Source of the DNA: a virus
Length of the DNA: 64,000 nt
IMG/VR virus record: IMGVR_UViG_3300025570_000007
Direction: 5' to 3' (one strand)
Positions 28,799 to 38,715 of this stretch are shown piece by piece. Position 1 is the first letter of the stretch. Each line of letters begins with the position of its first letter. The notes under the pieces were generated by a model. That model was given only the letters and a program-made list of their open reading frames with translations, ran no database searches and was not told where the DNA came from. The translations under genes were made by a program, and so were the position numbers.

Positions 28799-29706
28799 AC
28801 CTTATAAGGTGTTAATTTTGAATCTTCAGGTAAAAATTTTCCTGTCAAGTTTAAAGCTTCTTGTTTGAGTTTCCAATACATTTGACAATCGTCAGGTATG
28901 TCTACTCTTGTACTATCTAATACCTTTAGGTACAGGTCTAACACACCTTCTAAATTAAACTGATCCATGTATGTTTTAATTAACATCATTATATCATGGT
29001 AATTTCTCAGTGTACTTAGTCTAAACTCAAGTCCGTAAAGTGCAGTTAGAAATTCTACTGCTTTTTTAGGTGTATCCGCCACTATTCGCTGAGTTATTTT
29101 ATTCTTAACTCCGTAATTGTGGGAGAAGGTATAGCCTTTATTTGAAAATAGTGCGATAATTAACTGTGTACGGTGTAGCCCTTTTACATTGCCCTCGTAA
29201 CTGTCTGAATGGTATGCGAACTTTAACCAGTCTATATTTCCTATACTTATATCAACTTGTACATTCTCGGGTAACCAGCAGTTATGGTATGCACCAAATT
29301 GTGGTGCTACTAAGAATAATGTTCCTGCTGATGATCCTTTTGCATTTGCTACAAGATCCGTATTAGAGTCATTTAATTTATCTGCAAGTGCTACAATTAT
29401 AGATTTTTTACGAAGTTGTTCATCTGTAGCAGTTCTAGCTCGCTTCTTAAAAACTGTAAAAAGCTTATTAATTATATCGTGATCTAGATCCCAGTCTGCT
29501 AAATCAGTAAATGCATATTCAGATAATGCTAAATCGATATCTCCTGAAAATTCTTTCTTTCCTGCAGAACCTATTAATTCTAATCCGCCTATATGTCTTC
29601 TTGCTTTCGGGAAGACCGTATAAAGTTGTTCGAAGAATAGATCTAAAGTAGGTTGTACGTTTTCTCGTTTAATCCTTGAAGTTTCACTAAAAACATTTCC
29701 TCCCAT
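28795..29706 (-). CDS. Pol-beta superfamily nucleotidyltransferase (MGGN type)
   Basis: IGSAGKKEFSGDIDLA and VQVDI motifs, KGLHR. Confidence 0.75.
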   Translation of the reverse strand: MGGNVFSETSRIKRENVQPTLDLFFEQLYTVFPKARRHIGGLELIGSAGKKEFSGDIDLALSEYAFTDLADWDLDHDIINKLFTVFKKRARTATDEQLRKKSIIVALADKLNDSNTDLVANAKGSSAGTLFLVAPQFGAYHNCWLPENVQVDISIGNIDWLKFAYHSDSYEGNVKGLHRTQLIIALFSNKGYTFSHNYGVKNKITQRIVADTPKKAVEFLTALYGLEFRLSTLRNYHDIMMLIKTYMDQFNLEGVLDLYLKVLDSTRVDIPDDCQMYWKLKQEALNLTGKFLPEDSKLTPYKV

Positions 29707-29730
29707 TCTATAACCTTTTTTAATTAATCA

Positions 29731-29761
29731 TAAAGATAAGAAACAATCTTTAAGTCTACAA
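29731..29761 (-). promoter_or_regulatory. Bacteroidota-type sigma promoter for the NTase operon
   Basis: TTG-N20-TATCTTTA. Confidence 0.7.
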
Positions 29762-30538
29762 CTTTAAAACTGTCGGATATTCCTTAAAAATAGGCTTTAC
29801 TTCAGGGTTATCTAATTTATATAGTTTATATATTGTTTGAAATAAATCAAAATTATGGTCTATCTCGTCAACTATCTTAACTTGCCACCCTTTTCCTTGG
29901 TACACTCCTTTCTTTTTCGATTCACTCCTTGTTAAGGCTTTAAGCCAAAGTATACCTGTTCTTTCTATCTTCGTACCTGTTGCTTCTTCTATAGATTTTG
30001 CATAAGCTGAAAGTTGTAGGTTGTAGGCTCGGTGTAAGTTGTTAGAAGTCTTTAAATCTAGTAGCCACACTTCTCCATCCATTTTCACTACTAAATCAGC
30101 TGTTCCTGCATACTTATGTGTATCTGAGTATGTAAATTGTTCTGAGGATATTAGTTCAGGTTTATGTGTTGTCCAAAATTCATGGAACTTTATAATCATT
30201 GCCCATACTACTTGAGAATACTTAGCATTACCGTAGTCATCCAACCAGGTAACTTCTTCTCCTTTTACTAATGCTTCAGCTGCTTCATGTACTTGCGTAC
30301 CTTCTCTACCTGCTTTTGCCAGTATTAAATCAGCATTATGTCCTACATCTTTCAACCAGTTGTCAAAAAACTTATTCTTAGGCATGTACTGTAGAACTGT
30401 TGTGACTGAAGGGTAGTATACTCCTTCTGATCTTCTATATACTCTCCTATCTAGGAAGGTAATTTGTTTTAATTTAGGTTTGAATTCTAACCTCTCTTTT
30501 TTAGCTTCTTTTAAGATACTGTTACCTTCTCTAATCAT
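29756..30538 (-). CDS. PD-(D/E)XK exonuclease (Cas4/RecB-like, phage type)
   Basis: YPSVTTVL, GTQVH, AGTADL, LLDLKTS, QLSAY motifs. Confidence 0.85.
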   Translation of the reverse strand: MIREGNSILKEAKKERLEFKPKLKQITFLDRRVYRRSEGVYYPSVTTVLQYMPKNKFFDNWLKDVGHNADLILAKAGREGTQVHEAAEALVKGEEVTWLDDYGNAKYSQVVWAMIIKFHEFWTTHKPELISSEQFTYSDTHKYAGTADLVVKMDGEVWLLDLKTSNNLHRAYNLQLSAYAKSIEEATGTKIERTGILWLKALTRSESKKKGVYQGKGWQVKIVDEIDHNFDLFQTIYKLYKLDNPEVKPIFKEYPTVLKL

Positions 30539-31467
30539 ATGGCATTCATTTTGTGCAACATTAGATTACGAAAATCTAATTCCTTTGTCGACTGTATTAG
30601 TTCTGTGAAAGCTTTAAATCCCATTTCACTAGGATCTTTCTGCTTTAAATCTACTAAGAAAACCTTTTTACCTATTTTAATCAACTCTTCAGCATGTCTT
30701 AGTGCTGCTTTCTGTGCATCTAGGTCTAATGCAATGTATATATCTTCTACGTCTGATGTGATTATTCTCTTCAATAACGAATCTGCTATTGCTTTTCCTA
30801 AGATAGGAATTGAATTACGTTTAACTGCCATGGCATCGAAAACTCCTTCTACTAATATAATTGGCTGGTTCCAGTTAATAAGATTCTCAAAGAAAATTAT
30901 ATTTTTATCTGTTTCTGGTCCTTTGTACTTGAAGTAATTTCCTTCGTAAGTTCGGCCAATAAAGTAATTGAGTTTATTCGATGAAGAATAACTTGGGATA
31001 ATAACTCTTCCGGCATAGAGTCCATCTGTTGCGTATCCAACATTATATTTAATAAAATCATTGTCGGTAAGTCCTCTCTCATATAGGTATCTTCTTACTT
31101 TGTTTGCGATAACTGATACTTTTGTAGCTGAAGCTAGTGGTTGAAATTCTTCTGGTAGTTTAGTTACCTCTTCTCCGCGGTATATGTATTTCTTCCCTTT
31201 CCTTACGTACTTTAGTATTTCGTCTGCTTCGCTTTTAGGTATTTTAGCTTGCTTAAGTAGTGAGTATATCGACTGTCCTCTAGTCTGACATACCCAGCAT
31301 TCCCAAAAGTTTTTACCTTCCTCGTTGGTTCTTAGATTGATCTCTAATTTAGGTTTCTTATGATTACAGAAAGGACAAGCAAAAGCGTGATTATCTCTAG
31401 CTCTCTTATAACTCTTTCCTAAGATACCTTCTAACGACCCTAGTAGAAAAGTATAGTCCATACACAA
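30535..31467 (-). CDS. DNA primase (Zn finger plus TOPRIM)
   Basis: CPFC...CWVC, RVIIP, VEGVFD, ALDLD motifs. Confidence 0.85.
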   Translation of the reverse strand: MCMDYTFLLGSLEGILGKSYKRARDNHAFACPFCNHKKPKLEINLRTNEEGKNFWECWVCQTRGQSIYSLLKQAKIPKSEADEILKYVRKGKKYIYRGEEVTKLPEEFQPLASATKVSVIANKVRRYLYERGLTDNDFIKYNVGYATDGLYAGRVIIPSYSSSNKLNYFIGRTYEGNYFKYKGPETDKNIIFFENLINWNQPIILVEGVFDAMAVKRNSIPILGKAIADSLLKRIITSDVEDIYIALDLDAQKAALRHAEELIKIGKKVFLVDLKQKDPSEMGFKAFTELIQSTKELDFRNLMLHKMNAI

Positions 31468-31479
31468 TAGTTTATTCTT

Positions 31480-31510
31480 CTAATGTACGAATAATAATCT
31501 ACGATACCAA
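31480..31510 (-). promoter_or_regulatory. Bacteroidota-type sigma promoter
   Basis: TTG-N20-TACATTAG upstream of the primase gene. Confidence 0.6.
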
Positions 31511-31705
31511 CTAATCCTCTTTTTTTAATTGGCTTACTAGTTCTTGTAGGAATGGTTGGTAATTATGTTTACCGTAATTCTCTCTAAGTATCTCAGCTAC
31601 TCCTGCTGCAAGTTCTTTATATCCTAAATCTGGATCAACTTGGTTTATTGCCTGATCAAGTGCAGAATAGATATCCTCCTTGATTATTAATTTAGTTAAT
31701 TTCAT
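31511..31705 (-). CDS. Small protein with MKLTKLIIKE tag
   Basis: ORF track; coupled to neighbour. Confidence 0.65.
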   Translation of the reverse strand: MKLTKLIIKEDIYSALDQAINQVDPDLGYKELAAGVAEILRENYGKHNYQPFLQELVSQLKKED

Positions 31706-31706
31706 A

Positions 31707-32024
31707 TTAATCGAATCCGCTGTTTCCTTTTTCTCTTTGTTTACCTAGCCATGCTTTTTTTCCCTGCTTATACTTATCTCTTTCTTGCTTAAAAGCAGGT
31801 ATTTTAAATACATGCATCCAAGGTTGTGTTCTATCTATAATTACCTCTAAGCTTAGGTCTTTATCTTGCTTCCACCTCTCTAGATCTCCCTCATCGTTTA
31901 TCTGTGTTAGTGAATCTCGTTTTGGATCAGCTAAACTATCCCCTCTCTTAACGTTAACGCCAAACTTTAAATCCGATAAAGTAGTCCGTGTTCCTTGTTC
32001 TTGTAATATTTGTAGTAGTTTCAT
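31707..32024 (-). CDS. Small protein with MKLLQILQE tag
   Basis: ORF track; coupled to neighbour. Confidence 0.65.
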   Translation of the reverse strand: MKLLQILQEQGTRTTLSDLKFGVNVKRGDSLADPKRDSLTQINDEGDLERWKQDKDLSLEVIIDRTQPWMHVFKIPAFKQERDKYKQGKKAWLGKQREKGNSGFD

Positions 32025-32512
32025 TTAAAGTGTTTAAAAAAATCTTTTCTAAAGAATTTACCGAGTATATTATCGTTAATATAGTTGTCCCTATTCTCTA
32101 ATACCTCTTTTATAAATAGGTGCTTACATTCAAAATAAGTAAGTAGCTTTTTAGTTGCTACATATTCTATAATCTCTCTCTTGAAATCCTCTTCTGTACC
32201 GTTCTTTACTAGCTCCATAATCTCCTTCTGAGATCCGAAGTATGTTTTCCAGTCTGATTCTTTTATTACTTTTTTCTTAAGAGGTGTCTTTCCTCTAAGT
32301 TTAAGTATCTTTCTCTCCTCTTTAAGGGCTTCTAAAGCTTTTTTACCTAGTCTTACATTTCTCTCAAAGTATAGAACTTTTCTCCCTATGTATTTTTTAC
32401 CTGACGGTATATGAGTAACTTCGTATATGAACCCGTAAGTACCTTCTGGCATGTCTGAGATTTCAGTTACAGGTTTTGTTTTATATGTCCACAGTGGTTT
32501 TGTGCTTATCAT
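32021..32512 (-). CDS. GIY-YIG family nuclease
   Basis: GFIY...KYIGRK, WKTYFGS, FKREI, conserved E and YINDNI. Confidence 0.8.
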   Translation of the reverse strand: MISTKPLWTYKTKPVTEISDMPEGTYGFIYEVTHIPSGKKYIGRKVLYFERNVRLGKKALEALKEERKILKLRGKTPLKKKVIKESDWKTYFGSQKEIMELVKNGTEEDFKREIIEYVATKKLLTYFECKHLFIKEVLENRDNYINDNILGKFFRKDFFKHFK

Positions 32513-32519
32513 AATAGTA

Positions 32520-33398
32520 TTATTTTCTTAATGATTCTATAACCTTATCATCATTGAAGATGTCTTTTTGACTACTGTACGGACATGATGTAATATCTTG
32601 GGCTAATCCGAAAGGCTGGTATAAGTTGTTTGGAAATGTTGCTTTTAAAGTAAATGGATTTGCTTCTATATTACTGTGTAGTCCGTATCCAAAGATACTA
32701 GGGTGCGTAGTTACCCAACATACTGTTGAAGGTAGTCTATACGCTGCTGCGAGATGTTGTGCAAAAGAATCTACTAACAACCTTTTATCTGCTATGTTTA
32801 GCAAGACTGCAATACTTCTGAATCCGTCTAGGGCTTGCATAACGTTAGGGTATGTTTTTTGATCTTGCCTTTTTATATGAACAATTGTATGAGTATCTTG
32901 AAACTCTTCAATTACCCTTAGTACTGTACTCTCAGGAATATCTCTTGTCCAGGAATAGTTAAATCCCTGATTTGAAGGTCCTCCGTTTGGCTGTATAACT
33001 AGTATAGGCTTTTCTGTTTTGTAGAAAGGCGTAAAGTACTCTATCTCCGATTCTGTTAGGTATATTTGAGGGGTTTCTCCGTCGTACTGTAACCCCCATT
33101 GGTTACACCATATACTATATAAGTGATCTTGTTCTAGTATGTAGTCTGAGTGGGTATACGGATCTGTGTAGTACATTTTACACTTACCTTCCTTACCTTT
33201 TATATACTTCTCGTAAATAGGTCCGTGTTCATTTGAATTATGTACAAAGTCTGCTGCTGGGTTATGTAGGAATATGTCTGGGTAAGCGCATACTATATGT
33301 ATTTTAGCGTTCAAGTGTTTCTTTCTGATAACTTTCAGTATAGCGGTAGCCATTATATGCTTACCTAGCCCGCCGTCGATGTGAAATACAACTGTCAT
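32520..33398 (-). CDS. Glycosyltransferase, GT9 (heptosyltransferase-like) fold
   Basis: GGLGKHIMAT, VDSFAQHLAAA..PSTVCW motifs. Confidence 0.75.
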   Translation of the reverse strand: MTVVFHIDGGLGKHIMATAILKVIRKKHLNAKIHIVCAYPDIFLHNPAADFVHNSNEHGPIYEKYIKGKEGKCKMYYTDPYTHSDYILEQDHLYSIWCNQWGLQYDGETPQIYLTESEIEYFTPFYKTEKPILVIQPNGGPSNQGFNYSWTRDIPESTVLRVIEEFQDTHTIVHIKRQDQKTYPNVMQALDGFRSIAVLLNIADKRLLVDSFAQHLAAAYRLPSTVCWVTTHPSIFGYGLHSNIEANPFTLKATFPNNLYQPFGLAQDITSCPYSSQKDIFNDDKVIESLRK

Positions 33399-33410
33399 AT
33401 ATTAGTTTAA

Positions 33411-34220
33411 TTAGTAGAAATATTCATAAAACCATTCGTAATGTTTTTTAATTAGCATACAGGTATCGTAACCTAAGACCTCTATTGCGGTACTCTCTAC
33501 AGGACGTACTTCAGTTCTTATTACATGATCCCCGTAAACTCCGTAAACTGCATCATCTTCTTGTGTGATTTGGGCTACGTTATTGAGATCGTGGTTAAAG
33601 TAGGGTGTGTCTATAAACTTATAATACTTCTGTAACACTTCTTCTGGGTTACTCACTAGATCTTCAAATGTAATAAAGTGAACTTTACTGTCAATCTTCT
33701 GCTTTACCATCTCTTTTAGCCTCTCAAAAGCCATCCCTATTGGAGGGGTTTGTGCCCATATGTCTACTCTCTTTGCTGTAGTGGTTCCTTTCATTTCTGA
33801 CCAGTTTATTACTCCCTGATCTAAGTGTTCACTCTTTCTAAAGTTCTTCTCCATTGAACACATAATATCGACAGGATCTCTCAATAGGCATACTATTTTA
33901 GGGTCCGGGTAAAAGGAGTTAAGAAAGTTATAATGTATTCCCCACCCTCTACTTTTATCTAATATGTAGGGTTTATCTGTAATTGCATTAAAAAATCCTT
34001 CCATTCCTTCTTTACAGAAGTTAAGGTACCCCTTAGTCATTAGATTTACGTCTTGTGCTTTAAATTCAGGGGAGTTTGAGAAATTCTGTCTTGAAGCATA
34101 AACCAACTCTAGTACCCCCGAAGTAGGGGTTACGTAGAAGTCTGGGTTCTGCCCTATTATGTTTTGAAAAAGGGTAGAACCTGCTCTAGGAAGAGATGAT
34201 TGAAAAAATACTTTTTGCAT
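33411..34220 (-). CDS. Sulfotransferase
   Basis: SLPRAGSTL (5'-PSB loop), DKSRGW, LLRDP (3'-PB), FEDLVSNP. Confidence 0.85.
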   Translation of the reverse strand: MQKVFFQSSLPRAGSTLFQNIIGQNPDFYVTPTSGVLELVYASRQNFSNSPEFKAQDVNLMTKGYLNFCKEGMEGFFNAITDKPYILDKSRGWGIHYNFLNSFYPDPKIVCLLRDPVDIMCSMEKNFRKSEHLDQGVINWSEMKGTTTAKRVDIWAQTPPIGMAFERLKEMVKQKIDSKVHFITFEDLVSNPEEVLQKYYKFIDTPYFNHDLNNVAQITQEDDAVYGVYGDHVIRTEVRPVESTAIEVLGYDTCMLIKKHYEWFYEYFY

Positions 34221-34236
34221 AACTAGTGTTTAATGC

Positions 34237-34267
34237 ATAAGTTACGAAAACTTTTCTAAGGTAGCAA
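34237..34267 (-). promoter_or_regulatory. Bacteroidota-type sigma promoter
   Basis: TTG-N20-TAACTTAT upstream of the sulfotransferase gene. Confidence 0.6.
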
Positions 34268-34273
34268 CTTATT

Positions 34274-36349
34274 TTAGAATAATGGATTCCATATTGTCCC
34301 GTTATAGTAGTATAGTTTACTAGATCCTGATGATCCTGATGATATTATCATTCCTTCAGCGGCTGTTGGTGTTGATATTCTTCTACTTAGTTGTAAAATA
34401 CCGTGACTAGTTGTTGATCCTGTTATATGTAAATTCTGTACATATGTTGTACTGGTCTCTGCTGCTGTTATACCGCTTCCTATTATAAAAGAGTCATTAA
34501 CTGCTAAACTATTATCTCTTCCTCCCAATACGGCTGAGTAGTCTCCTGATACTGTATTATTAACTCCTCCTCCTACTGTGCCGTATTTAGAGCATGCTAC
34601 GTTTTGACACCCTCCTGATACAGTTCCGAAGCATAATTCTGCTAGGTTGCTGCATCCTCCTCCTACTGTTGACCCTATACCTGTGAATGCACAGGTTATA
34701 TTACCGGAACCTCCTCCTATTGTTGAACTGTCTCCTGATGCTGTGTTGCTGGAGCCTCCTGATATTGTTCCACATGATCCTGATACTGTGTTGTTGTATC
34801 CTCCTGATACTGTTCCGTAGCTCGCTGATACTGTACTGTTATTTCCTACTGGCTGTATTGAGCCTAATGCTGTGCCAATTTCGTATATTCCTGCTACTCC
34901 TGTTAATCCTGTTAATCCTGATCCATCTCCGTGGATTATTCCTTCTATATATGCATCTGTTGTATTTACATTTCCTAATGTTGTTGTATTACTGCCTCTT
35001 CCAATTGCTGCATGCCCTATTACTATTTGATTAACTTCCGAACTTCCACTTGATTTTGTCTGAGTTCCTATGAAGATGGAGCAGTTCGGTGTTGTATTAT
35101 TTGTAGTTGATGTGCTTCTTCCTGCTTCGTGGCCAACGGCAACATTATATCCTCCATCTACACTTAAAGATAGTGCTCGATTTCCAACAGCTGTATTATA
35201 TTGACCTAATACATTATTACTTAAGAAAGCGGCTTGGTATCCTATCGCTACATTCCTACTACCTACTGTGTTACTTTGTAATGCACAAGTTCCTAAAGCT
35301 GTATTAAATACAGAAGTTGTACTAGATTTACCTGCGTTTATTCCGATGTATGCTGATCCGTCTCCATCATCTAAGTTAAGCTTACTTCCGGTTATATCGT
35401 TTACAGTTATACTGTCCGTAGTCGTATTTCCTGCTGTTGTAACTTGTTGTAAGGTTAATGCTGCTATAGATGAAGTTACATATGATTCTAAATAATTTCG
35501 AGTAGTTACAACTTGTCCAGTAGTTTCATTACTAATTAAGGTTGTTGTTAAACTTGGTGCCACTATCGTTCTATCGGTATTCAATAAAAGAACTTTATCT
35601 TGTTGACCTTCAGTTATTTGATTAGTTGCTGTGTTCCCTAATGAGAATACTATATCCCCAGTATTATCACCAACCATTATATTTAGGTTCTTACCTGTAA
35701 TAAGACCATGCGCTCTTAACCATGGAGCGTAATAAGAATCGTTTTGTATACCTAAATAAACACCTTCATCAAATGCATCTCCGTTAATAGTTGCTCTAAA
35801 TCCAGCTATGGCTGCATTTCCAACCGTATCTGTGTTATTTACAAGGAATCCTGTTGCCTTATTATTAGAACTTTCTACATAGAACCCTTCTTCGTTATTT
35901 GCAGGTTGTACTTGTGTTCCAAAGTAGGCATCTATGGGATTTACAATAGTAGATACAGGATGTGATATTCCAGTCAATCCTGATCCATCTCCTACGAATG
36001 ATCCACTAAAAGAACCTGATATGATTGCTATTATATCGTCTGCGAAAAAAAACCTATCTCTGGTTGTGCTGATTACCATATTAGAGGAATCGCCCATGTT
36101 AAAAGCCATCACTTCTGCTCCAGTATAGTCTATTGAGAGAGCACCAACATATGGAGCTGATACTCCTATTTTGCTAAGATTGTTAAGCATAATGCCGTTG
36201 GAGCTTGTAACTGCTAATGTAAATGATTTAGCACCTCCTATAGTCTGGTTAGTTGTTGTATCTACTATACCGCTTAATGATATACCGTCGCTAACCGATA
36301 AGCTTCCTGTTATTTGTACGTTATTTCTAAATATATGCTCGTTTGCCAT
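34274..36349 (-). CDS. Tail fibre/adhesin with beta-roll repeats
   Basis: NTAxG..AL and TVSGGxxN repeats, TLQQVT..GN, GDGSGLTG. Confidence 0.75.
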   Translation of the reverse strand: MANEHIFRNNVQITGSLSVSDGISLSGIVDTTTNQTIGGAKSFTLAVTSSNGIMLNNLSKIGVSAPYVGALSIDYTGAEVMAFNMGDSSNMVISTTRDRFFFADDIIAIISGSFSGSFVGDGSGLTGISHPVSTIVNPIDAYFGTQVQPANNEEGFYVESSNNKATGFLVNNTDTVGNAAIAGFRATINGDAFDEGVYLGIQNDSYYAPWLRAHGLITGKNLNIMVGDNTGDIVFSLGNTATNQITEGQQDKVLLLNTDRTIVAPSLTTTLISNETTGQVVTTRNYLESYVTSSIAALTLQQVTTAGNTTTDSITVNDITGSKLNLDDGDGSAYIGINAGKSSTTSVFNTALGTCALQSNTVGSRNVAIGYQAAFLSNNVLGQYNTAVGNRALSLSVDGGYNVAVGHEAGRSTSTTNNTTPNCSIFIGTQTKSSGSSEVNQIVIGHAAIGRGSNTTTLGNVNTTDAYIEGIIHGDGSGLTGLTGVAGIYEIGTALGSIQPVGNNSTVSASYGTVSGGYNNTVSGSCGTISGGSSNTASGDSSTIGGGSGNITCAFTGIGSTVGGGCSNLAELCFGTVSGGCQNVACSKYGTVGGGVNNTVSGDYSAVLGGRDNSLAVNDSFIIGSGITAAETSTTYVQNLHITGSTTSHGILQLSRRISTPTAAEGMIISSGSSGSSKLYYYNGTIWNPLF

Positions 36350-36367
36350 TACTTATCTTTATTATAA

Positions 36368-38692
36368 TTAGATAGATTTCTTAAATGCTGTTATTATCAT
36401 ATTCACATCATAAGTACCTATATCTGCATCTACCGTTAATGTTGCATTTGATCCATCGTTAGTTAGTGAGAAAGATGTTGATAGGATGCTTGTTCCTCCT
36501 ACTGCAATCTGACTATAGGAATCGTTTAAGGTTATAGCTGATGTTTGATCCCATCCTCCGTAGAGAGTTCCTACTTTTTTCTGAGATTCACCTGAGTTTG
36601 AAATTGTGTAATCGGCTTTAAATCCTGTGTATCCTGATACTCCTATTTCGAATGCTTGTATATTATGTACCCCTACTAAACTTCCTGATGAGTATTGTAT
36701 GTACTCAACTCCTGGGCTTGCTTCTGGTGCATTCTTAATAACTGATGTTCCTGCTACTGTAAGTGACCCTGTTATAGATGCACTTCCTGTATAAGAACCG
36801 TTCCAATCAGTAACGATGTTTGTTAGTCCAGATCCGTCTCCTACGAATGATCCAGAGAATATAGATCCTGATATTGCAGTGGTATCTACAAAGTTTACTA
36901 CTCCGCCTGATATAATTAACGAACCTGTTATTGAAGCATCTCCGTTTAATAATCCGGTCCACTGTATACCTGTTAAGTTAGAACCATCTCCGTAGTATGT
37001 ACTAGATGATACTGATCCTGTTATGTTTAGGCTTCCTGATATTGACACTAAATCGTTATCAAATTCTCCGTAAATTAATGGAGTGCCAACACCAAACCCT
37101 ATGTAAAGTTTATTGCTGTGCGTACCTGTTGACGGGCCTGCATAACTTCCTAGAAATAGGTTATTACTTCCTGCACTTACTCCAAGGCCTGTATTATACC
37201 CCAGTGCTACGTTATAATTACCAGAGGATTGATTAAACAAGCTGTTTTGTCCTATCCCGGTATTATAATTACCTGTTGAATTATTTCTTAAAGAATAAGC
37301 ACCTAGAGCATTGTTATGTTGTCCTGTACTATTATTACATAGTGAAGAAAATCCTACTGCTGTATTAAGTTGTCCGCTTGATACAATAGCTCCAAGTGAG
37401 CAAGCACCAATGCTTGTATTAAATGTTCCTGTGTTTTGATTTCCTGCTTTCCATCCTATGTAAGTAGTACATCCGTTTGCACATCTTCCTGCATCACCTC
37501 CTACTACCGTATGATAAGAACCTACTGGCGTATTAACTGCATCGATACCTATTCCTACTGAGTATTGTTTACCTATACATGTTCCTGTGTAATTGTTACG
37601 TCCTATCGCAATTGAAGTTGCATGTTGGTTTTTTATTTCCGTATAAGTATCTATTGTTGTAACTCCTGCTAAGTTGGCTGGACCTACTACGCTTAAGCTT
37701 CCTGTTATATCTGCTGAACCTGTGTAAGGGAATGTATCGGCTGTAACTCCTGTTAATCCGGATCCGTCTCCTGAAAAGGATCCTGAAAATAGAGAGCCTG
37801 TTGTCCATGTTACGTCAGAGAAGTCCACTGATCCTGTTACTGCAAATGATCCTGTTATTTCTGCTGCACCTTCAAATAATCCACTCCATGCTGCTACCGG
37901 GGCAATTCCTGTTAGGTTTGAACCATCTCCGTAGTACGTACTTGCTGATACTGCTGAGGCTGATACGTCAGCGTTAAATACTAGTATACTGTTTGCAAAA
38001 TCTCCGTATATTAACGGATTATCATCTGCTTGATTATTTATGTATAATTTATCAGCTGAATATGCTGTAGTTGTTGTTGGTCCTGCTGCATACCCTACTA
38101 ATACGTTTCTATCACCTGATTGGATGTTTAATCCTGTATTAGCCCCAATTGCCGTGTTACTATCATCGGAAGCTAAGTTAGCTAATGATTGATAACCAAT
38201 AGCTGTTAACCCGTAGGAAGTCACAGTGCTCTGTGCAGCTGATCTACCTATTATTACGTTATTAGCTCCTGCTAAGTTAATACTAGCGTCAACACCTATA
38301 ACAACACTCCCTGATGTCTGTGTATAGTTTATACTTGCACCTGATCCTGAGTTTATTATTAGTATGTTGTCGTGGTTATCGTTTAAAGATAATGATCCTG
38401 AAATACGTAGTATACTTCCATCAAATGTGAAACTCGGCTCTCCTTGAAGTAGTCCTGCTATTCCTGTACCTGTAATTACTTGGTTATCTACGTTATTTAG
38501 TATGGATGAGCTAGCTGAGGTTCCTCCTAAAGGAATCGTTACAAAGTCTCCTGAGTCGTAGTGCAGTTTTAAGATACTCCCGCTTCCTTCTAAAGAACTT
38601 GAGTATATAACTGATCTAAAGTTATTATCCATCTCTTGATGAGTAAGAGAGAGACCTTTTTCTAGTCTATATGTAATTCCTGGTATTGCCAT
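36368..38692 (-). CDS. Tail fibre/adhesin with beta-roll repeats
   Basis: YRLEKGLSLTHQEMDNNF anchor; NTAxG repeats; two KLYI...PLIYG.F blocks; four GDGSxLT motifs. Confidence 0.75.
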   Translation of the reverse strand: MAIPGITYRLEKGLSLTHQEMDNNFRSVIYSSSLEGSGSILKLHYDSGDFVTIPLGGTSASSSILNNVDNQVITGTGIAGLLQGEPSFTFDGSILRISGSLSLNDNHDNILIINSGSGASINYTQTSGSVVIGVDASINLAGANNVIIGRSAAQSTVTSYGLTAIGYQSLANLASDDSNTAIGANTGLNIQSGDRNVLVGYAAGPTTTTAYSADKLYINNQADDNPLIYGDFANSILVFNADVSASAVSASTYYGDGSNLTGIAPVAAWSGLFEGAAEITGSFAVTGSVDFSDVTWTTGSLFSGSFSGDGSGLTGVTADTFPYTGSADITGSLSVVGPANLAGVTTIDTYTEIKNQHATSIAIGRNNYTGTCIGKQYSVGIGIDAVNTPVGSYHTVVGGDAGRCANGCTTYIGWKAGNQNTGTFNTSIGACSLGAIVSSGQLNTAVGFSSLCNNSTGQHNNALGAYSLRNNSTGNYNTGIGQNSLFNQSSGNYNVALGYNTGLGVSAGSNNLFLGSYAGPSTGTHSNKLYIGFGVGTPLIYGEFDNDLVSISGSLNITGSVSSSTYYGDGSNLTGIQWTGLLNGDASITGSLIISGGVVNFVDTTAISGSIFSGSFVGDGSGLTNIVTDWNGSYTGSASITGSLTVAGTSVIKNAPEASPGVEYIQYSSGSLVGVHNIQAFEIGVSGYTGFKADYTISNSGESQKKVGTLYGGWDQTSAITLNDSYSQIAVGGTSILSTSFSLTNDGSNATLTVDADIGTYDVNMIITAFKKSI

Positions 38693-38705
38693 TTTTTAAT
38701 TTATT

Positions 38706-38712
38706 ATAAATA
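38706..38712 (-). promoter_or_regulatory. Putative late promoter TATTTAT
   Basis: 14 nt upstream of ATG 38692. Confidence 0.6.
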
Positions 38713-38715
38713 GTG

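Noticed and set aside
29756-30538. Cas4 as part of a CRISPR-Cas system
   Set aside because: No Fe-S cysteine cluster, other cas genes or array; it sits next to primase like ordinary phage exonucleases.
32021-32512. Mobile homing endonuclease
   Set aside because: Short catalytic-only GIY-YIG with no DNA-binding tail repeats and no intron context; more likely a resident nuclease.
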